Source: Candidatus Bathyarchaeota archaeon (lineage in GTDB: Archaea > Thermoproteota > Bathyarchaeia > Hecatellales > Hecatellaceae). From it: a stretch of 64,000 nt of DNA. The stretch spans positions 128,001 through 192,000 of the forward strand of contig JBQPWD010000002.1 of NCBI GenBank assembly GCA_052246995.1. Reading direction: 5' to 3'. This document shows positions 26,537 to 37,032 of this stretch, in pieces; position 1 is the stretch's first letter; every line of letters begins with the position of its first letter. Under the pieces are notes generated by a model. It searched no databases. It saw only the letters and a program-made list of their open reading frames with translations, and had not been told where the DNA came from. A program made the translations under genes and the position numbers.

Positions 26537-27628
26537 TTACCCACAACAAATATTCTTTAAATTTTCAATTAAAAAACTGTTTTCTTTTCGGGTTCTAACC
26601 GTAATTCTTAAACAATTTTTAAGCATAGGCATATCACTTACATTCCTCACGATTACTCCTCTTCTAAGAAGACTTTCATAAATATTGTAAACATTAAACT
26701 CGTTAAATCTAACAAGAATAAAGTTTGTGCAAGATGGGTAAACCTGAATACCTTTTACATTTTTAAGTTCTTTTATTAACCACTCTCTCTCACTTAAAAT
26801 GTACTCAATATTCCTTTTAACCACATCAAGGTGTTTTAATACTATGTTTGCAAGTATAAGTGACGGAACACTTAAACTGTTGGGAGGACGCATAATGTTT
26901 AAGATTTGAATAGTCTTAGCATTGGCAACAATGTACCCAACTCTTGCACCAGCTAGGAAAAGTGCTTTAGAAAATGTTCTAAGTATTATTAAATTTTCGT
27001 ACTTGTCAGTGAAATCCACTAAACTTTCACCAGCAAACTCAGCGTAAGATTCATCGACAACAATAGGTATCTCAGGAAAACTCTCCACTAAACTAATAAT
27101 ATCATTTTTAGGTGTTAAATTCCCAGTTGGGTTGTTGGGGTTACATAGAAATATTATTCTGGTGTCTTCATTCACCGTATTCATGAGTTTTTCAACGTCA
27201 TCTGAAAAATCAGTTTTTCTCAAAACCTCAACAATTTTTCCACCCATTGTCTCAACAACAATTCTGTACATAGCGTACGTTGGGCTTGAAATAATAGCAC
27301 TTGTCCCATATTCAACAAAAACTTTGCTTACAATATCTAAAGCTTCATCACAACCAGCGGTTATACAAATTTCGTCAACATCCTTCTTAAGATAATTTGA
27401 TAACTCCTCTCTTAACTCTATGTATGAAGGATCAGGATACTCGTTAATTTTGATATTCTGAATTGTTGATTTAAACTCTTCTACAACTTCTTTTGGAATA
27501 AAAGGCATAGTATTTGTATCAAATCGGATAATCTTGTCAGTAGTTAGACTAAACTTTTTTATAACTTCAACAGGAGATATCTCCCAACTGTATGGTTTAA
27601 ATCCTTTAATAATGCTTCTAATCCTCAT
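26537..27628 (-). CDS. hisC: histidinol-phosphate aminotransferase
   Basis: NEYPDP, GCDEAL, CNPNNPTG, DESYAEF, RTFSKA..LAGARVGY. Confidence 0.92.
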   Translation of the reverse strand: MRIRSIIKGFKPYSWEISPVEVIKKFSLTTDKIIRFDTNTMPFIPKEVVEEFKSTIQNIKINEYPDPSYIELREELSNYLKKDVDEICITAGCDEALDIVSKVFVEYGTSAIISSPTYAMYRIVVETMGGKIVEVLRKTDFSDDVEKLMNTVNEDTRIIFLCNPNNPTGNLTPKNDIISLVESFPEIPIVVDESYAEFAGESLVDFTDKYENLIILRTFSKALFLAGARVGYIVANAKTIQILNIMRPPNSLSVPSLILANIVLKHLDVVKRNIEYILSEREWLIKELKNVKGIQVYPSCTNFILVRFNEFNVYNIYESLLRRGVIVRNVSDMPMLKNCLRITVRTRKENSFLIENLKNICCG

Positions 27629-27700
27629 AACACATTTTACCCTGAAATATCCTGAAAAAAGGTATTAGGTAAACCTTAAAAAGGTTTTATTAATACGCGT

Positions 27701-27730
27701 AAGCAGGCTTACCAAAAAGGTACCTGACTT
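27701..27730 (-). terminator. hairpin with U-rich loop downstream of glyA
   Basis: Minus strand AAGTCAGGTACC-TTTTT-GGTAAGCCTGCTT, 15 nt after the glyA stop. Confidence 0.4.
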
Positions 27731-27745
27731 TTTACTTAATAAAAA

Positions 27746-29029
27746 TTAGTAAAAGGTTACGTATTTGTAAGCTAGGTCTCTCCTAAAGGAATAATGAATC
27801 ATACAGAAATTTTTCATGAAATTTTTAACTTTTTTCGCAACTGAAGCAGGATTTCTTTTTTCAATTACAACCTGCTTTATAAACTTTGAAACCTCCAACA
27901 TATCTTCCTCTTTTAATCCTAACCTTGTTAATTCAGCCGTTCCAAGCCTTATTCCGCTAGGATTACCCACCTTATCAAGATTGTCCCATGGTAAAAGATT
28001 TTTATTGCAAATTATATTTGATTTTTCTAGTAGTGTAGAAATAACCCCTCCACCGCCAAATTTTGACACATCAACCAAGATTTGATGCGTTTCGGTAAAA
28101 CCTTTATCGGCAGCAACAACATCAAAACCATCATTATATAATGATTCACCTAGCGCTTTGGCATTTTTTATAACCTGTTTAGCGTAACTTACACCAAACT
28201 TTTCAACCTCCAAGATGGATACAGCCAATGCAGGGATACGATGAAGATGATGATTACTTACAAGACCTGGAAAAACCGCTTTATCAATTTTTTCAGCCAG
28301 AACACTTTTACAGAATATTACTCCACCTTGAGGTCCTGGAAAAGTTTTATGAGTACTGCTTGTAACAACATCAGCTCCTTCTTCCAACGGGTTTTGAAAC
28401 TGTTTACCCGCTATTAATCCTAAAACATGGGAGGCATCATAAACCAGAACCCCTCCAATGTCGGTTAAGACATTTTTTATTTCCTTTACTGGTTGAGGAA
28501 AAAGTATTACACTACCACCAAGAAAACATAAAGAGGGTTTTACTTTCATGATCTTTGTTACAGAAGCGTCAACATCAATATTCATTTCTTCTTTATCAAA
28601 AACTAAAGTTTCAACTTTAAGACTTCTTAAGCCAGCTCCACCAAAATCCATACAGCTAATATGTCCTCCGTCAACCAAAGATAAAGTTACTATGGTGTCT
28701 CCAAGCTTTGTTAAAGCATAGATTACTGATAAATTGGCCTGAGAACCAGACAAAGGTTTTAAATTTACATGTTCAGCACCAAAAACCTTTTTTAACTTTT
28801 TTTTAGTGAAATCTTCAACTAAATCTATATATCTTGTTCCATTATAAAACCTATTAAACGGTTCACCTTCAGCGTATCTATGAGAAAAATCAGATGCTAA
28901 AAATTCTCTAACAGCTAAGCTGGTAATGTTTTCACTTGCAATAAGATTTATGCACTCGCTTCTCCACTTATGATGCATTTTTACAAGTTTTCTTATATAG
29001 CCGAGTCCCTCTTTACGCTCCTTTATCAT
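27746..29029 (-). CDS. glyA: serine hydroxymethyltransferase (archaeal type)
   Basis: LIASEN, RYAEG, GGHIS, SSTHKTFPGPQGG, SNHH, SGIRLGT. Confidence 0.96.
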   Translation of the reverse strand: MIKERKEGLGYIRKLVKMHHKWRSECINLIASENITSLAVREFLASDFSHRYAEGEPFNRFYNGTRYIDLVEDFTKKKLKKVFGAEHVNLKPLSGSQANLSVIYALTKLGDTIVTLSLVDGGHISCMDFGGAGLRSLKVETLVFDKEEMNIDVDASVTKIMKVKPSLCFLGGSVILFPQPVKEIKNVLTDIGGVLVYDASHVLGLIAGKQFQNPLEEGADVVTSSTHKTFPGPQGGVIFCKSVLAEKIDKAVFPGLVSNHHLHRIPALAVSILEVEKFGVSYAKQVIKNAKALGESLYNDGFDVVAADKGFTETHQILVDVSKFGGGGVISTLLEKSNIICNKNLLPWDNLDKVGNPSGIRLGTAELTRLGLKEEDMLEVSKFIKQVVIEKRNPASVAKKVKNFMKNFCMIHYSFRRDLAYKYVTFY

Positions 29030-29102
29030 TTAACTTTCACCCTTAAAGACAACTTAAACTAAACTTTAGGTTTTAATAGTTAAACTTTTTGTTTCCATGT
29101 TG

Positions 29103-29117
29103 TGATAAAAGTTATCA
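29103..29117. promoter_or_regulatory. candidate operator TGATAA-AAG-TTATCA between divergent glyA and thrC
   Basis: 6-3-6 inverted repeat; 13/15 identical to 37033-37047. Confidence 0.5.
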
Positions 29118-29179
29118 ATAAAGAAGTAAATCAAAAGGTTGATTAAACATTTAACAACTTAAGTACATGAGGTTTTAAA

Positions 29180-30415
29180 ATGTTTTACCTTGAATGCATA
29201 GGTTGTCATGAAAAATACAGCCATTTAGATAGGGTCTACGTTTGTAAAAAATGTGGAGACCTCTTAACCGTGATGTACAATTATGATGAGCTAAGTCAAA
29301 AAATTGAAACTTTAAAGTGGAAAAAATATGCGTTATCTGTATGGAGGTATAAAGAGCTTCTACCAATTACTGATAAATCTAAGATTGTTAGCCTAGGAGA
29401 AGGGGGAACTAGACTTTATAGGTGTAGTAAACTTGAAAAAGAAGTTGGGGTTAAAAGGCTATATTTAAAAAACGAGGGAGAAAATCCTACTGGCTCATTT
29501 AAAGATAGAGGAATGACTGTTGGCATAACAAAGGCATTAGAGTACGGGGTTAAAGTTGTTATTTGCGCTTCAACAGGAAACACTTCAGCATCTCTTTCAG
29601 CTTATGCTGCAAAAGCCGGAATCAACTGTATAGTCATAATACCTGCTGGAAAAGTGGCTTATGGTAAGCTTGCTCAAGCCATCATTTACGGTGCGAAAAT
29701 TATTCAGGTTTCTGGAAATTTTGATGATGCATTAAAAATGGTTTTTAAACTTTCACTTGAGAGAGGTGAAATTTACCTTCTCAATTCAGTTAATCCTTAC
29801 CGGCTTGAGGGGCAAAAAACTTTAGCGTTTGAGGTTGTAGACCAGCTTAAGGGTTTAACTCCTGATAATGTTGTTGTTCCCGTGGGAAATGCTGGAAATA
29901 TAAGCGCAATATGGAAAGGATTTTTTGAGCTTAAGAAGCTAAATTTAGCTGAAAAGTTGCCAAGGATGTTTGGTGTTCAGGCTGAAGGTGCTGCTCCTAT
30001 CGCAAAGGCTGTAAAAAGTGGTGAGAAAACTATTAAACCCGTTCCTAACCCTGAAACTGTTGCTACAGCTATAAGAATAGGCTCACCTGTGAACTGGAAA
30101 AAGGCTATGGATGCTATTAAACAATCTAACGGTGGAGCTGAGATTGTCACAGACACGGAAATCTTGGAAGCCCAGAGAAAATTAGCCAAACTTGAGGGTT
30201 TATTTGTCGAACCTGCAAGTGCATCCTCAATCGCGGGTTTGAAAAGGCTTGTTGAAAGTGGAGAAATAAGTAAAGATGAAACAGTTGTTTGTGTTGCAAC
30301 AGGTCATGGCTTAAAGGATCCTGATACCCCTGTAAAGTTTCTTGGAGAAGAAATTGTTAAAATTGATATTAACTTTGAAGAACTCAAAAAAATTTTAGGG
30401 ATATTAAAAGGTTAA
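29180..30415 (+). CDS. thrC: threonine synthase
   Basis: NPTGSFKDRG, ASTGNTS, NSVNPYRLEGQKT, PVGNAGN, TGHGLKD; operonic with hom and ask. Confidence 0.95.
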   Translation: MFYLECIGCHEKYSHLDRVYVCKKCGDLLTVMYNYDELSQKIETLKWKKYALSVWRYKELLPITDKSKIVSLGEGGTRLYRCSKLEKEVGVKRLYLKNEGENPTGSFKDRGMTVGITKALEYGVKVVICASTGNTSASLSAYAAKAGINCIVIIPAGKVAYGKLAQAIIYGAKIIQVSGNFDDALKMVFKLSLERGEIYLLNSVNPYRLEGQKTLAFEVVDQLKGLTPDNVVVPVGNAGNISAIWKGFFELKKLNLAEKLPRMFGVQAEGAAPIAKAVKSGEKTIKPVPNPETVATAIRIGSPVNWKKAMDAIKQSNGGAEIVTDTEILEAQRKLAKLEGLFVEPASASSIAGLKRLVESGEISKDETVVCVATGHGLKDPDTPVKFLGEEIVKIDINFEELKKILGILKG

Positions 30416-30427
30416 GAGGTTAAAGAG

Positions 30428-31447
30428 TTGAGAATAATCCTAATCGGGTTTGGAGTTGTAGGCCAAAATTTTTCAAAAATGATTGATAAAAGAATAAAAG
30501 AGTTAACTGAAAAATTCAAGTTTTATCCTAGAATTGTTGCCATTGTTGATAAAGGAGGTGCTGTAATAAATAAAAGAGGAATTAGCATAGAAGACGTATT
30601 AAAGGTGAAACATCAAAAAGGTTCAGTTGCCTATGTTGATGAATTTGGTATAAAAGATTTGGAGGGCAGTAAGGTAATAGAGGAAGTTGATGCTGATGTT
30701 GTTGTTGAAACAACTCCAACAAACATTACTAACGGGGAACCAGGACTAACCCATATTAGAACTGCTTTAAAGACGGGGAAACATGTTGTAACAACCAATA
30801 AAGGTCCATTAGCTTTAGCTTTCCCAGCATTGATGGAGCTTGCCAACCATAACAATCTTTTCCTTAGATTTAGTGGGTGTGTTGGCGGTGGCACACCAAT
30901 TCTAAATTTTGCTAAAAAATGTTTACTTGGGGATTACATAATTTCATTCAAAGGTATCTTAAACGGAACAACAAATTATATTCTTACAAGGATGGCTACC
31001 GATAAAATCTCCTTTGAAGAAGCTCTTTCAGAAGCTCGAAGGGCAGGTTATGCTGAGGCTGATCCATCTCTAGATGTTGATGGATGGGATTCTGCGTGCA
31101 AGCTTGTGATTCTATCTAATTGGATTTTTGGTACTAAAGCTGTGTTGCAAGATGTTAAAGTAAATGGTATTAGAGGTATCACGTTAGCTGATGTTGAAGA
31201 TGCGTTAAGACAAAATTGTGAAGTTAAACTTATAGCTTCGGCTGAAAATGGTAAACTTGAGGTTAAACCTCAACCAATTCAAAAAACACATCCATTATGC
31301 GTTGGCGGTATACTTAATGCAGTAACATTTGTATCTACCTATGCTGGCGAAGAAACTATTATCGGTAAGGGTGCAGGAGGAATTGAAACTGCAAGTGCAA
31401 TTTTAAGAGATTTACTTATTATAAAGGAGGGTATGCTAAAAGTTTAA
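30428..31447 (+). CDS. hom: homoserine dehydrogenase
   Basis: GFGVVG, TTNKGP, VGGGTP, GILNGTTN, GYAEADP..DVDG.D, GAGG.ETASA. Confidence 0.95.
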   Translation: MRIILIGFGVVGQNFSKMIDKRIKELTEKFKFYPRIVAIVDKGGAVINKRGISIEDVLKVKHQKGSVAYVDEFGIKDLEGSKVIEEVDADVVVETTPTNITNGEPGLTHIRTALKTGKHVVTTNKGPLALAFPALMELANHNNLFLRFSGCVGGGTPILNFAKKCLLGDYIISFKGILNGTTNYILTRMATDKISFEEALSEARRAGYAEADPSLDVDGWDSACKLVILSNWIFGTKAVLQDVKVNGIRGITLADVEDALRQNCEVKLIASAENGKLEVKPQPIQKTHPLCVGGILNAVTFVSTYAGEETIIGKGAGGIETASAILRDLLIIKEGMLKV

Positions 31448-31484
31448 ATGCCTAAATTTACACCTTTAATTTTTTTAGATAAAA

Positions 31485-32897
31485 ATGAAGCTTATTATGA
31501 AGTTTGGAGGAACATCTGTCGCTGATGGGAAAAGAATTTCGCATGTTGCTAATCTTATAGAGGAGTATGCAAAAGAGAATAAAATTGTTGTTGTGGTTTC
31601 AGCTTTAGCTGGTGTAACCGACCAACTTTTTGAAGTTTGTAAAAATGTAATTAAGTGTGAAAAAGGATTTATTGAAGAGTTTATTAAAGAGTTTAGTGAA
31701 AAACATGTTAAAGCAGCATGTAAAGCAGTCTCCAACCCTTATGTTTTAGAAAATGTAAAAGCAACTATTAATGAAACCACGAATGAGCTTAAAAATGTTT
31801 TATATGGAATTTCTTATCTTCGGGAAATTACCCCAAGGATACTAGACTACGTAGTTTCTTTTGGAGAAAGATTGTCAGCTCCAATAGTTTGTGGTGCGTT
31901 AAAAAGTAATGGTATTAAATCAGAATGGTTTACTGGAGGAGATGCTGGAATTGTTACTGATTCAAATTTTGGGAATGCAAATCCGCTTATGGAGTTAACG
32001 AGTTTTCAAGTTAAAAATAAACTTCAAAATCTTATAGAAGATGGTATAATTCCAGTTGTTACAGGATATATTGCTGTAGACCAAAATGGTGCAATTACAA
32101 CCCTTGGTAGAGGAGGATCAGATTTTACAGCCACAATTTTAGGTTATGCCTTAGATGTTGACGAGGTGTGGATTTGGACTGATGTTGACGGAGTTATGAC
32201 TGCGGATCCAAAGGTTGAGCCTAAAGCTAGGCTTATCCCTCAACTATCTTATAGTGAGGCTATGGAAATGGCTTATTTTGGGGCTAAAATGATCCATCCT
32301 AAAGCTGTTGAGGCTGTCAGTGGAAAGGGCATACCTATAAGAGTTAGAAACACCTTTAACCCTCAAAACCCTGGAACGTTAATATTTAAAGAACAAAAAA
32401 TATCGTCAAAATCCATTGTTAAATCTATTTCGCTTATACGTAAAGCTGCATTGATCACGGTAAGTGGAGCATCAATGTTTGGAGTTCCTGGTACTGCTGG
32501 AAAGGTTTTTAAAATTTTAGGTGACAAAAACATCAACGTTTTAATGATTTCTCAAAGTTCTTCTGAGGCTAATATTTCATTTGTTATTCCAGTAGAAAAA
32601 CTTGAGGATGCGCTAAACACGCTTGAAGACCGTCTGCTTGGAGGAGGTATTATTAAGGAGGTTAAGTCGGAAGATGACATTTGTGTAATCACGCTGGTTG
32701 GGGCAGGAATGGTTGGAACACCAGGAGTTGCTGCAAGAATCTTTGGAGCTGTTGCACGTGAAAAAATTAATGTCAGGATGATCGCGCAAGGGTCGTCAGA
32801 ACTAAGTATATCCTTTGTTGTTAAGGAAAATGATGGTGAAAGAGCTGTAAGAGCATTACACGAAGAGTTTAAACTTGACAAATTGGATGAGTTGTAA
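31485..32897 (+). CDS. aspartate kinase with two ACT domains (threonine cluster)
   Basis: MKFGGTSV, SFGERLS, TLGRGGSD, WTDVDG, MISQSSSE, MIAQGSSE. Confidence 0.94.
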   Translation: MKLIMKFGGTSVADGKRISHVANLIEEYAKENKIVVVVSALAGVTDQLFEVCKNVIKCEKGFIEEFIKEFSEKHVKAACKAVSNPYVLENVKATINETTNELKNVLYGISYLREITPRILDYVVSFGERLSAPIVCGALKSNGIKSEWFTGGDAGIVTDSNFGNANPLMELTSFQVKNKLQNLIEDGIIPVVTGYIAVDQNGAITTLGRGGSDFTATILGYALDVDEVWIWTDVDGVMTADPKVEPKARLIPQLSYSEAMEMAYFGAKMIHPKAVEAVSGKGIPIRVRNTFNPQNPGTLIFKEQKISSKSIVKSISLIRKAALITVSGASMFGVPGTAGKVFKILGDKNINVLMISQSSSEANISFVIPVEKLEDALNTLEDRLLGGGIIKEVKSEDDICVITLVGAGMVGTPGVAARIFGAVAREKINVRMIAQGSSELSISFVVKENDGERAVRALHEEFKLDKLDEL

Positions 32898-32903
32898 ACA
32901 TTT

Positions 32904-33620
32904 TTAAGTTATCTCGCATTTTTTAAGAAGTTTTCTCGGATTTTCTCTTAAAACCTTTAAAATATCTTTCTCGCATAAGCCTGCACCCATAGCCGCTTTA
33001 AAAGCTTCTTCAGAAGTGATAAAATCTTCAGGGCTATGCAGGTCGGTGTTTAATAAAAGTTTAGCTCCTGTTTTTAAAGCCACTTTTGCAAGGTACCCAT
33101 TTGTTAGACAATGTCCTTTACGTAAAGTTAACTCCAAGTAGACGTTATTTTCTCTTGCCAACTCAGTGTCCTCAAAGCTAATTAATCCCGGATGAGCTAA
33201 TACATCAACATCTCCACATTTCACAGCTTCATGGTTTGTTCCAGCTTTAACAGGTTCTTTTATTGTTTCACCATGAACAATTACAAGTTCAGCTCCAAGT
33301 TTTTTCGCTTTTAAAGCCATTGACTGTATCCTTTCAGGAGGAATATGTGTAAGTTCAACACCAATAAAAAACTTTGATTTCGCACTAAATTTTTTAAGCT
33401 CATTTGATGCTTTGATAAGTTTTGGTAAAACTGAATCAATGTTTGAAGCATCAACATGGTCAGTTACAGCTATAGCTTCATAATCAAGAAATTCAGCGTA
33501 TCTCACAATTTCACTTGGTAGAAGCTCCCCATCACTAAGCAGGGAGTGTGTGTGTAAGTCTATTCTTCTAATTTCAATTTTATTCTGAAATTTTCTCTCC
33601 AACTTAAATGTCGCTTCCAA
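32904..33620 (-). CDS. PHP-domain hydrolase, probable histidinol-phosphatase
   Basis: DLHTH..SDG, TDH, GVELTH, VHGET, LAHPG, NTDLH; last gene of the his cluster. Confidence 0.8.
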   Translation of the reverse strand: MEATFKLERKFQNKIEIRRIDLHTHSLLSDGELLPSEIVRYAEFLDYEAIAVTDHVDASNIDSVLPKLIKASNELKKFSAKSKFFIGVELTHIPPERIQSMALKAKKLGAELVIVHGETIKEPVKAGTNHEAVKCGDVDVLAHPGLISFEDTELARENNVYLELTLRKGHCLTNGYLAKVALKTGAKLLLNTDLHSPEDFITSEEAFKAAMGAGLCEKDILKVLRENPRKLLKKCEIT

Positions 33621-33647
33621 AGTTTAATAAAATTATGTTTAACATTA

Positions 33648-34010
33648 TCAATTTTTAAGGTTTTCAGGTTTTTGGAAGAAGCAACTTCTATAGCCTAGAT
33701 GGCATGCAACTCCTATTTGCTTAACCTTAACTAATATTGCATCTAAATCACAATCAAAATATATCTCCTTAACTATTTGGTAGTTTCCAGACGTTTCACC
33801 TTTAAGCCAAAGTTTCCTTCTTGAAGTACTCCAATAGTGGACTTTACCAGTACTCAATGTTTTTTCTACAGCTTCACGATTTGCATATGCAACCATAAGT
33901 ACCTCGTTTGTTTCAAAATCCTGAGCTACCACAATAACTAGTCCATTATGCCTATAATTCAGCTTTTTAACAATTTTTTTTGCATCTTCCAAACTAAGGG
34001 AGTAGGCCAA
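33648..34010 (-). CDS. hisI: phosphoribosyl-AMP cyclohydrolase
   Basis: [28 protein letters not shown]. Confidence 0.96.
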   Translation of the reverse strand: MAYSLSLEDAKKIVKKLNYRHNGLVIVVAQDFETNEVLMVAYANREAVEKTLSTGKVHYWSTSRRKLWLKGETSGNYQIVKEIYFDCDLDAILVKVKQIGVACHLGYRSCFFQKPENLKN

Positions 34011-34013
34011 GTT

Positions 34014-34298
34014 TTACCTCCTCCTTCTTTTAAATTCTTCAAGCACTTCTTCCAAGGTTATATTTTCTAATACCCACAAAACAAATACATGAAAAATGAG
34101 GTCAACAGATTCATGGATAACCTCTTTTTTGACACCCATTTTTGATGCTTCTATAAGTTCTTTGGATTCTTCCTCAATTTTAGATAAAACTTTCTCCAAC
34201 CCCGCCTTAGTTAATTCTGAAACATAGGAGTTTAGCCTAGGGTTTTCTATTCTATCTCTAATAACATCAAAAACCTCTTTTAATATATTTAAGCTCAA
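34014..34298 (-). CDS. hisE: phosphoribosyl-ATP pyrophosphohydrolase
   Basis: SYVSEL, KIEEESKE, HESVDLIFH. Confidence 0.93.
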   Translation of the reverse strand: MSLNILKEVFDVIRDRIENPRLNSYVSELTKAGLEKVLSKIEEESKELIEASKMGVKKEVIHESVDLIFHVFVLWVLENITLEEVLEEFKRRRR

Positions 34299-34302
34299 AA
34301 AG

Positions 34303-35610
34303 TTAGCACTCCTCCCTAAATCTGGCTTCTACAGACTTTGCATGTAACTCTAACCCCTCAATTTCTGAAAAAAGTTTTACAACCTGGTTAAATCTTTTTA
34401 ACCCATCATGTGAAAGTTGGAGAATCGTTAATGGTTTTAGAAAATCGTACACGGTTAATCCTGAGTGGAAAGATGCAGCGCCACCAGTTGGGAGAACATG
34501 GTTAACACCAACAGCATAATCTGCAACAGGAACAGGAGTAAAACTTCCAACTGAAATTAAACCCGCATTCTTAACCATTGACACAACTTTTTCAGCATTT
34601 TCAGCAATAATTTCTAAATGTTCCGGAGCAAACACGTTAATAAATTTTACAGCCTCATCAACATCTTTTGCAACAAGAATTTTACCGTTTCTTTTTAAAG
34701 TTTCAAAAACATTTTTTTTAACAATTTTTGGTAGGGTATTTGTAATCTCTGCTTTAACTTTGTTTGCAAAATTCTCGGATGTAGAAACAAGAATAGATGT
34801 AGAATTTGGATCATGTTCAGCTTGAGATGCCAAATCCATAGCAACATAAAGAGGGTTTGCTGTTTCGTCAGCGAAAATCATTATTTCTGTTGGTCCAGCT
34901 GGGAAGTCTATGCCAACTTCTCCGTAAACCATCATTTTAGCCACTGTAACATAAACATTTCCAGGACCAACTATTTTGCTAACCTTTGGTATTGTTTCGG
35001 TACCGTAGGCTAATGCTCCTATTGCCTGAGCACCTCCTACTCTATAAACCTCGTCAACACCACCCATATCAAGAGCAACAAGTATTGCAGAATCTATTTT
35101 CCCATTTTTTCTTGGCGGGGTACACGCAACAACCTTTTCAACTCCAGCCACCTTAGCTGGAATGGTAAGCATTAACGCAGTTGAAGGATAAACTTTTCTG
35201 CCACCAGGAATGTAAACACCAACACTGTCTATTGGTTTAAAAATTTGTTTAATAAGCAGGCCACAAGATTTTTTAATTATTTTATCTTTTGGGCGTTGTT
35301 TAGAGTGTACACTTCTAATTCTTTCGGCAGTAGACCTAAAAACTTTAACAAGATTTTTAGGTACCTCACGATATGCTTCAAGAAATTCTTCTTCCGAAAC
35401 TCTTAATTCTTTCTTTGAAAGTCTAACACCATCGTAAATTTCAGTGTATTTTATAAGAGCTTTATCACCATGCTTTTTTACTTCATTTAAAATATCTGAT
35501 ACCGTTTTCCTGTAAACTTCTAAGTTAGTTTTCCACCTAGTAACAATTTTCAAAAAATCCTTCTTTTCAAGCGTATCTAGTCTTAAAACTTTAAACACCA
35601 TAATGCTCAC
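34303..35610 (-). CDS. hisD: histidinol dehydrogenase
   Basis: YIPGG, GGAQAI, GPGNVYV, AGPTE, QAEHD, APEHL, NHVLPT. Confidence 0.96.
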   Translation of the reverse strand: MSIMVFKVLRLDTLEKKDFLKIVTRWKTNLEVYRKTVSDILNEVKKHGDKALIKYTEIYDGVRLSKKELRVSEEEFLEAYREVPKNLVKVFRSTAERIRSVHSKQRPKDKIIKKSCGLLIKQIFKPIDSVGVYIPGGRKVYPSTALMLTIPAKVAGVEKVVACTPPRKNGKIDSAILVALDMGGVDEVYRVGGAQAIGALAYGTETIPKVSKIVGPGNVYVTVAKMMVYGEVGIDFPAGPTEIMIFADETANPLYVAMDLASQAEHDPNSTSILVSTSENFANKVKAEITNTLPKIVKKNVFETLKRNGKILVAKDVDEAVKFINVFAPEHLEIIAENAEKVVSMVKNAGLISVGSFTPVPVADYAVGVNHVLPTGGAASFHSGLTVYDFLKPLTILQLSHDGLKRFNQVVKLFSEIEGLELHAKSVEARFREEC

Positions 35611-35624
35611 TGGTTAAGAGAATT

Positions 35625-36212
35625 TTAGCATATACCCTTTGTACTAGGAACATTGTATTTACCTTTTTCTCTAATTTTTACAGCTTCCTTTAAGGACAAC
35701 CCCAGTGCTTTAAAAACAGCCTCAACCTTGTGATGGTCATCTCCTCCACGTAATACCATAACATGTAGGTTAAATTTTCCTTCATAGCTAAAAGACCTTA
35801 AAAAGTGGTTTACCATAGAAGATGAGAGACCTTCAATATTTTCTGGTTTAAGCTTGAGGTTGGATTTAAAATAAGGTCTACCAGACAGATCAAGACTTAC
35901 CAAAACTAAAACCTCGTCCATAGGAACAATAGCGTATCCAAACCTGTTTATTCCTACCTTTTCACCTAAAGCTTTGCTTAGAGCCTGACCTAATGTTAAA
36001 GCTACATCTTCAATAAGATGATGATTTTTGGATTTTTCGTATGTTTCAGCATAAACTTCCAGTTTCAGCATAGCATGAAGGGCAAAAGAAGTAAGTAAAT
36101 GGTTTAAAAACGCGTTTTCAGTTTTTATTTTTATTTCTCCAGCTTCATCAAGATTTAACTTTACGGTTACACTAGTTTCCTTTGTTATGCGTTTAACTTC
36201 AGCCTCCCGCAT
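35625..36212 (-). CDS. hisB: imidazoleglycerol-phosphate dehydratase
   Basis: RITKET, HHLIED, PMDE, DLSGR, DHHKVEAVFKA, PSTKG. Confidence 0.96.
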   Translation of the reverse strand: MREAEVKRITKETSVTVKLNLDEAGEIKIKTENAFLNHLLTSFALHAMLKLEVYAETYEKSKNHHLIEDVALTLGQALSKALGEKVGINRFGYAIVPMDEVLVLVSLDLSGRPYFKSNLKLKPENIEGLSSSMVNHFLRSFSYEGKFNLHVMVLRGGDDHHKVEAVFKALGLSLKEAVKIREKGKYNVPSTKGIC

Positions 36213-36927
36213 TCTTAATCACCTCCATAGCCTCTTGTAGGCTAAAAACCCCTTCGTAAAGAGCTCTTCCAACAATTACCCCTGCTACATTTGCCCTCAA
36301 AAGCTTTACAATATCTTGAAGAGAAGAAACTCCTCCAGCATAAATGATGGGAATTTTTGTTGTTTCTACAAGCTTTTTAACAACTTCAATATTAATCCCA
36401 CTCATTGTTCCTTCAACATCAACATTTGTAAAAAGATATGCGGCAACATCTAAAGTTTCAAATGTTTTAGCAAGCTGATAGGGAGTTAACTTAACTTTTG
36501 TTTTCCAACCTTCTTTAACAAGGTAACCTTCCTTTGCATCCAAGGCAATTATGATGCGTTTAGGATTCACCATTTCTACAACTTCTTTAACAAAATCTAG
36601 ATTTTCTATTGCAGCCGTACCAAGAATAACCCACCTAGCACCGGCATTTAAAAATAAGGCAACATCCGTGATAGATCTTATACCTCCACCAACTTGTACT
36701 GGAATACTTACATTTTTCAGTATTTCCTTAATTACACTTTTATTATCTTTGAAGCCGTAAATTGCAGCATCAAGATCTACGATGTGGAGAATTTTTGCAC
36801 CACTTTCTTCCCAAAATTTGGCAACAGCCACGGGGTCATCTGAAACCTTTATTCCAGATTCAGGTTTTCCCTGAATAAGCTTTACACACTTACCATTCAT
36901 GATGTCAACTGAAGGTATAATGTACAA
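36199..36927 (-). CDS. hisA: ProFAR isomerase
   Basis: IPSVD...CVKLIQG, HIVDLD, QVGGGIR, AGGV, VGRALY. Confidence 0.94.
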   Translation of the reverse strand: MYIIPSVDIMNGKCVKLIQGKPESGIKVSDDPVAVAKFWEESGAKILHIVDLDAAIYGFKDNKSVIKEILKNVSIPVQVGGGIRSITDVALFLNAGARWVILGTAAIENLDFVKEVVEMVNPKRIIIALDAKEGYLVKEGWKTKVKLTPYQLAKTFETLDVAAYLFTNVDVEGTMSGINIEVVKKLVETTKIPIIYAGGVSSLQDIVKLLRANVAGVIVGRALYEGVFSLQEAMEVIKNAGG

Positions 36928-37032
36928 CCTTACTTTTCACCAAAGTATTGTTATAAAATTTAGTTGTTACAGGCATTTAAAATAAGTTTACTATGCTCAG
37001 CCTAATGTTACAGTGAGCCATCAAGCTGGAAA

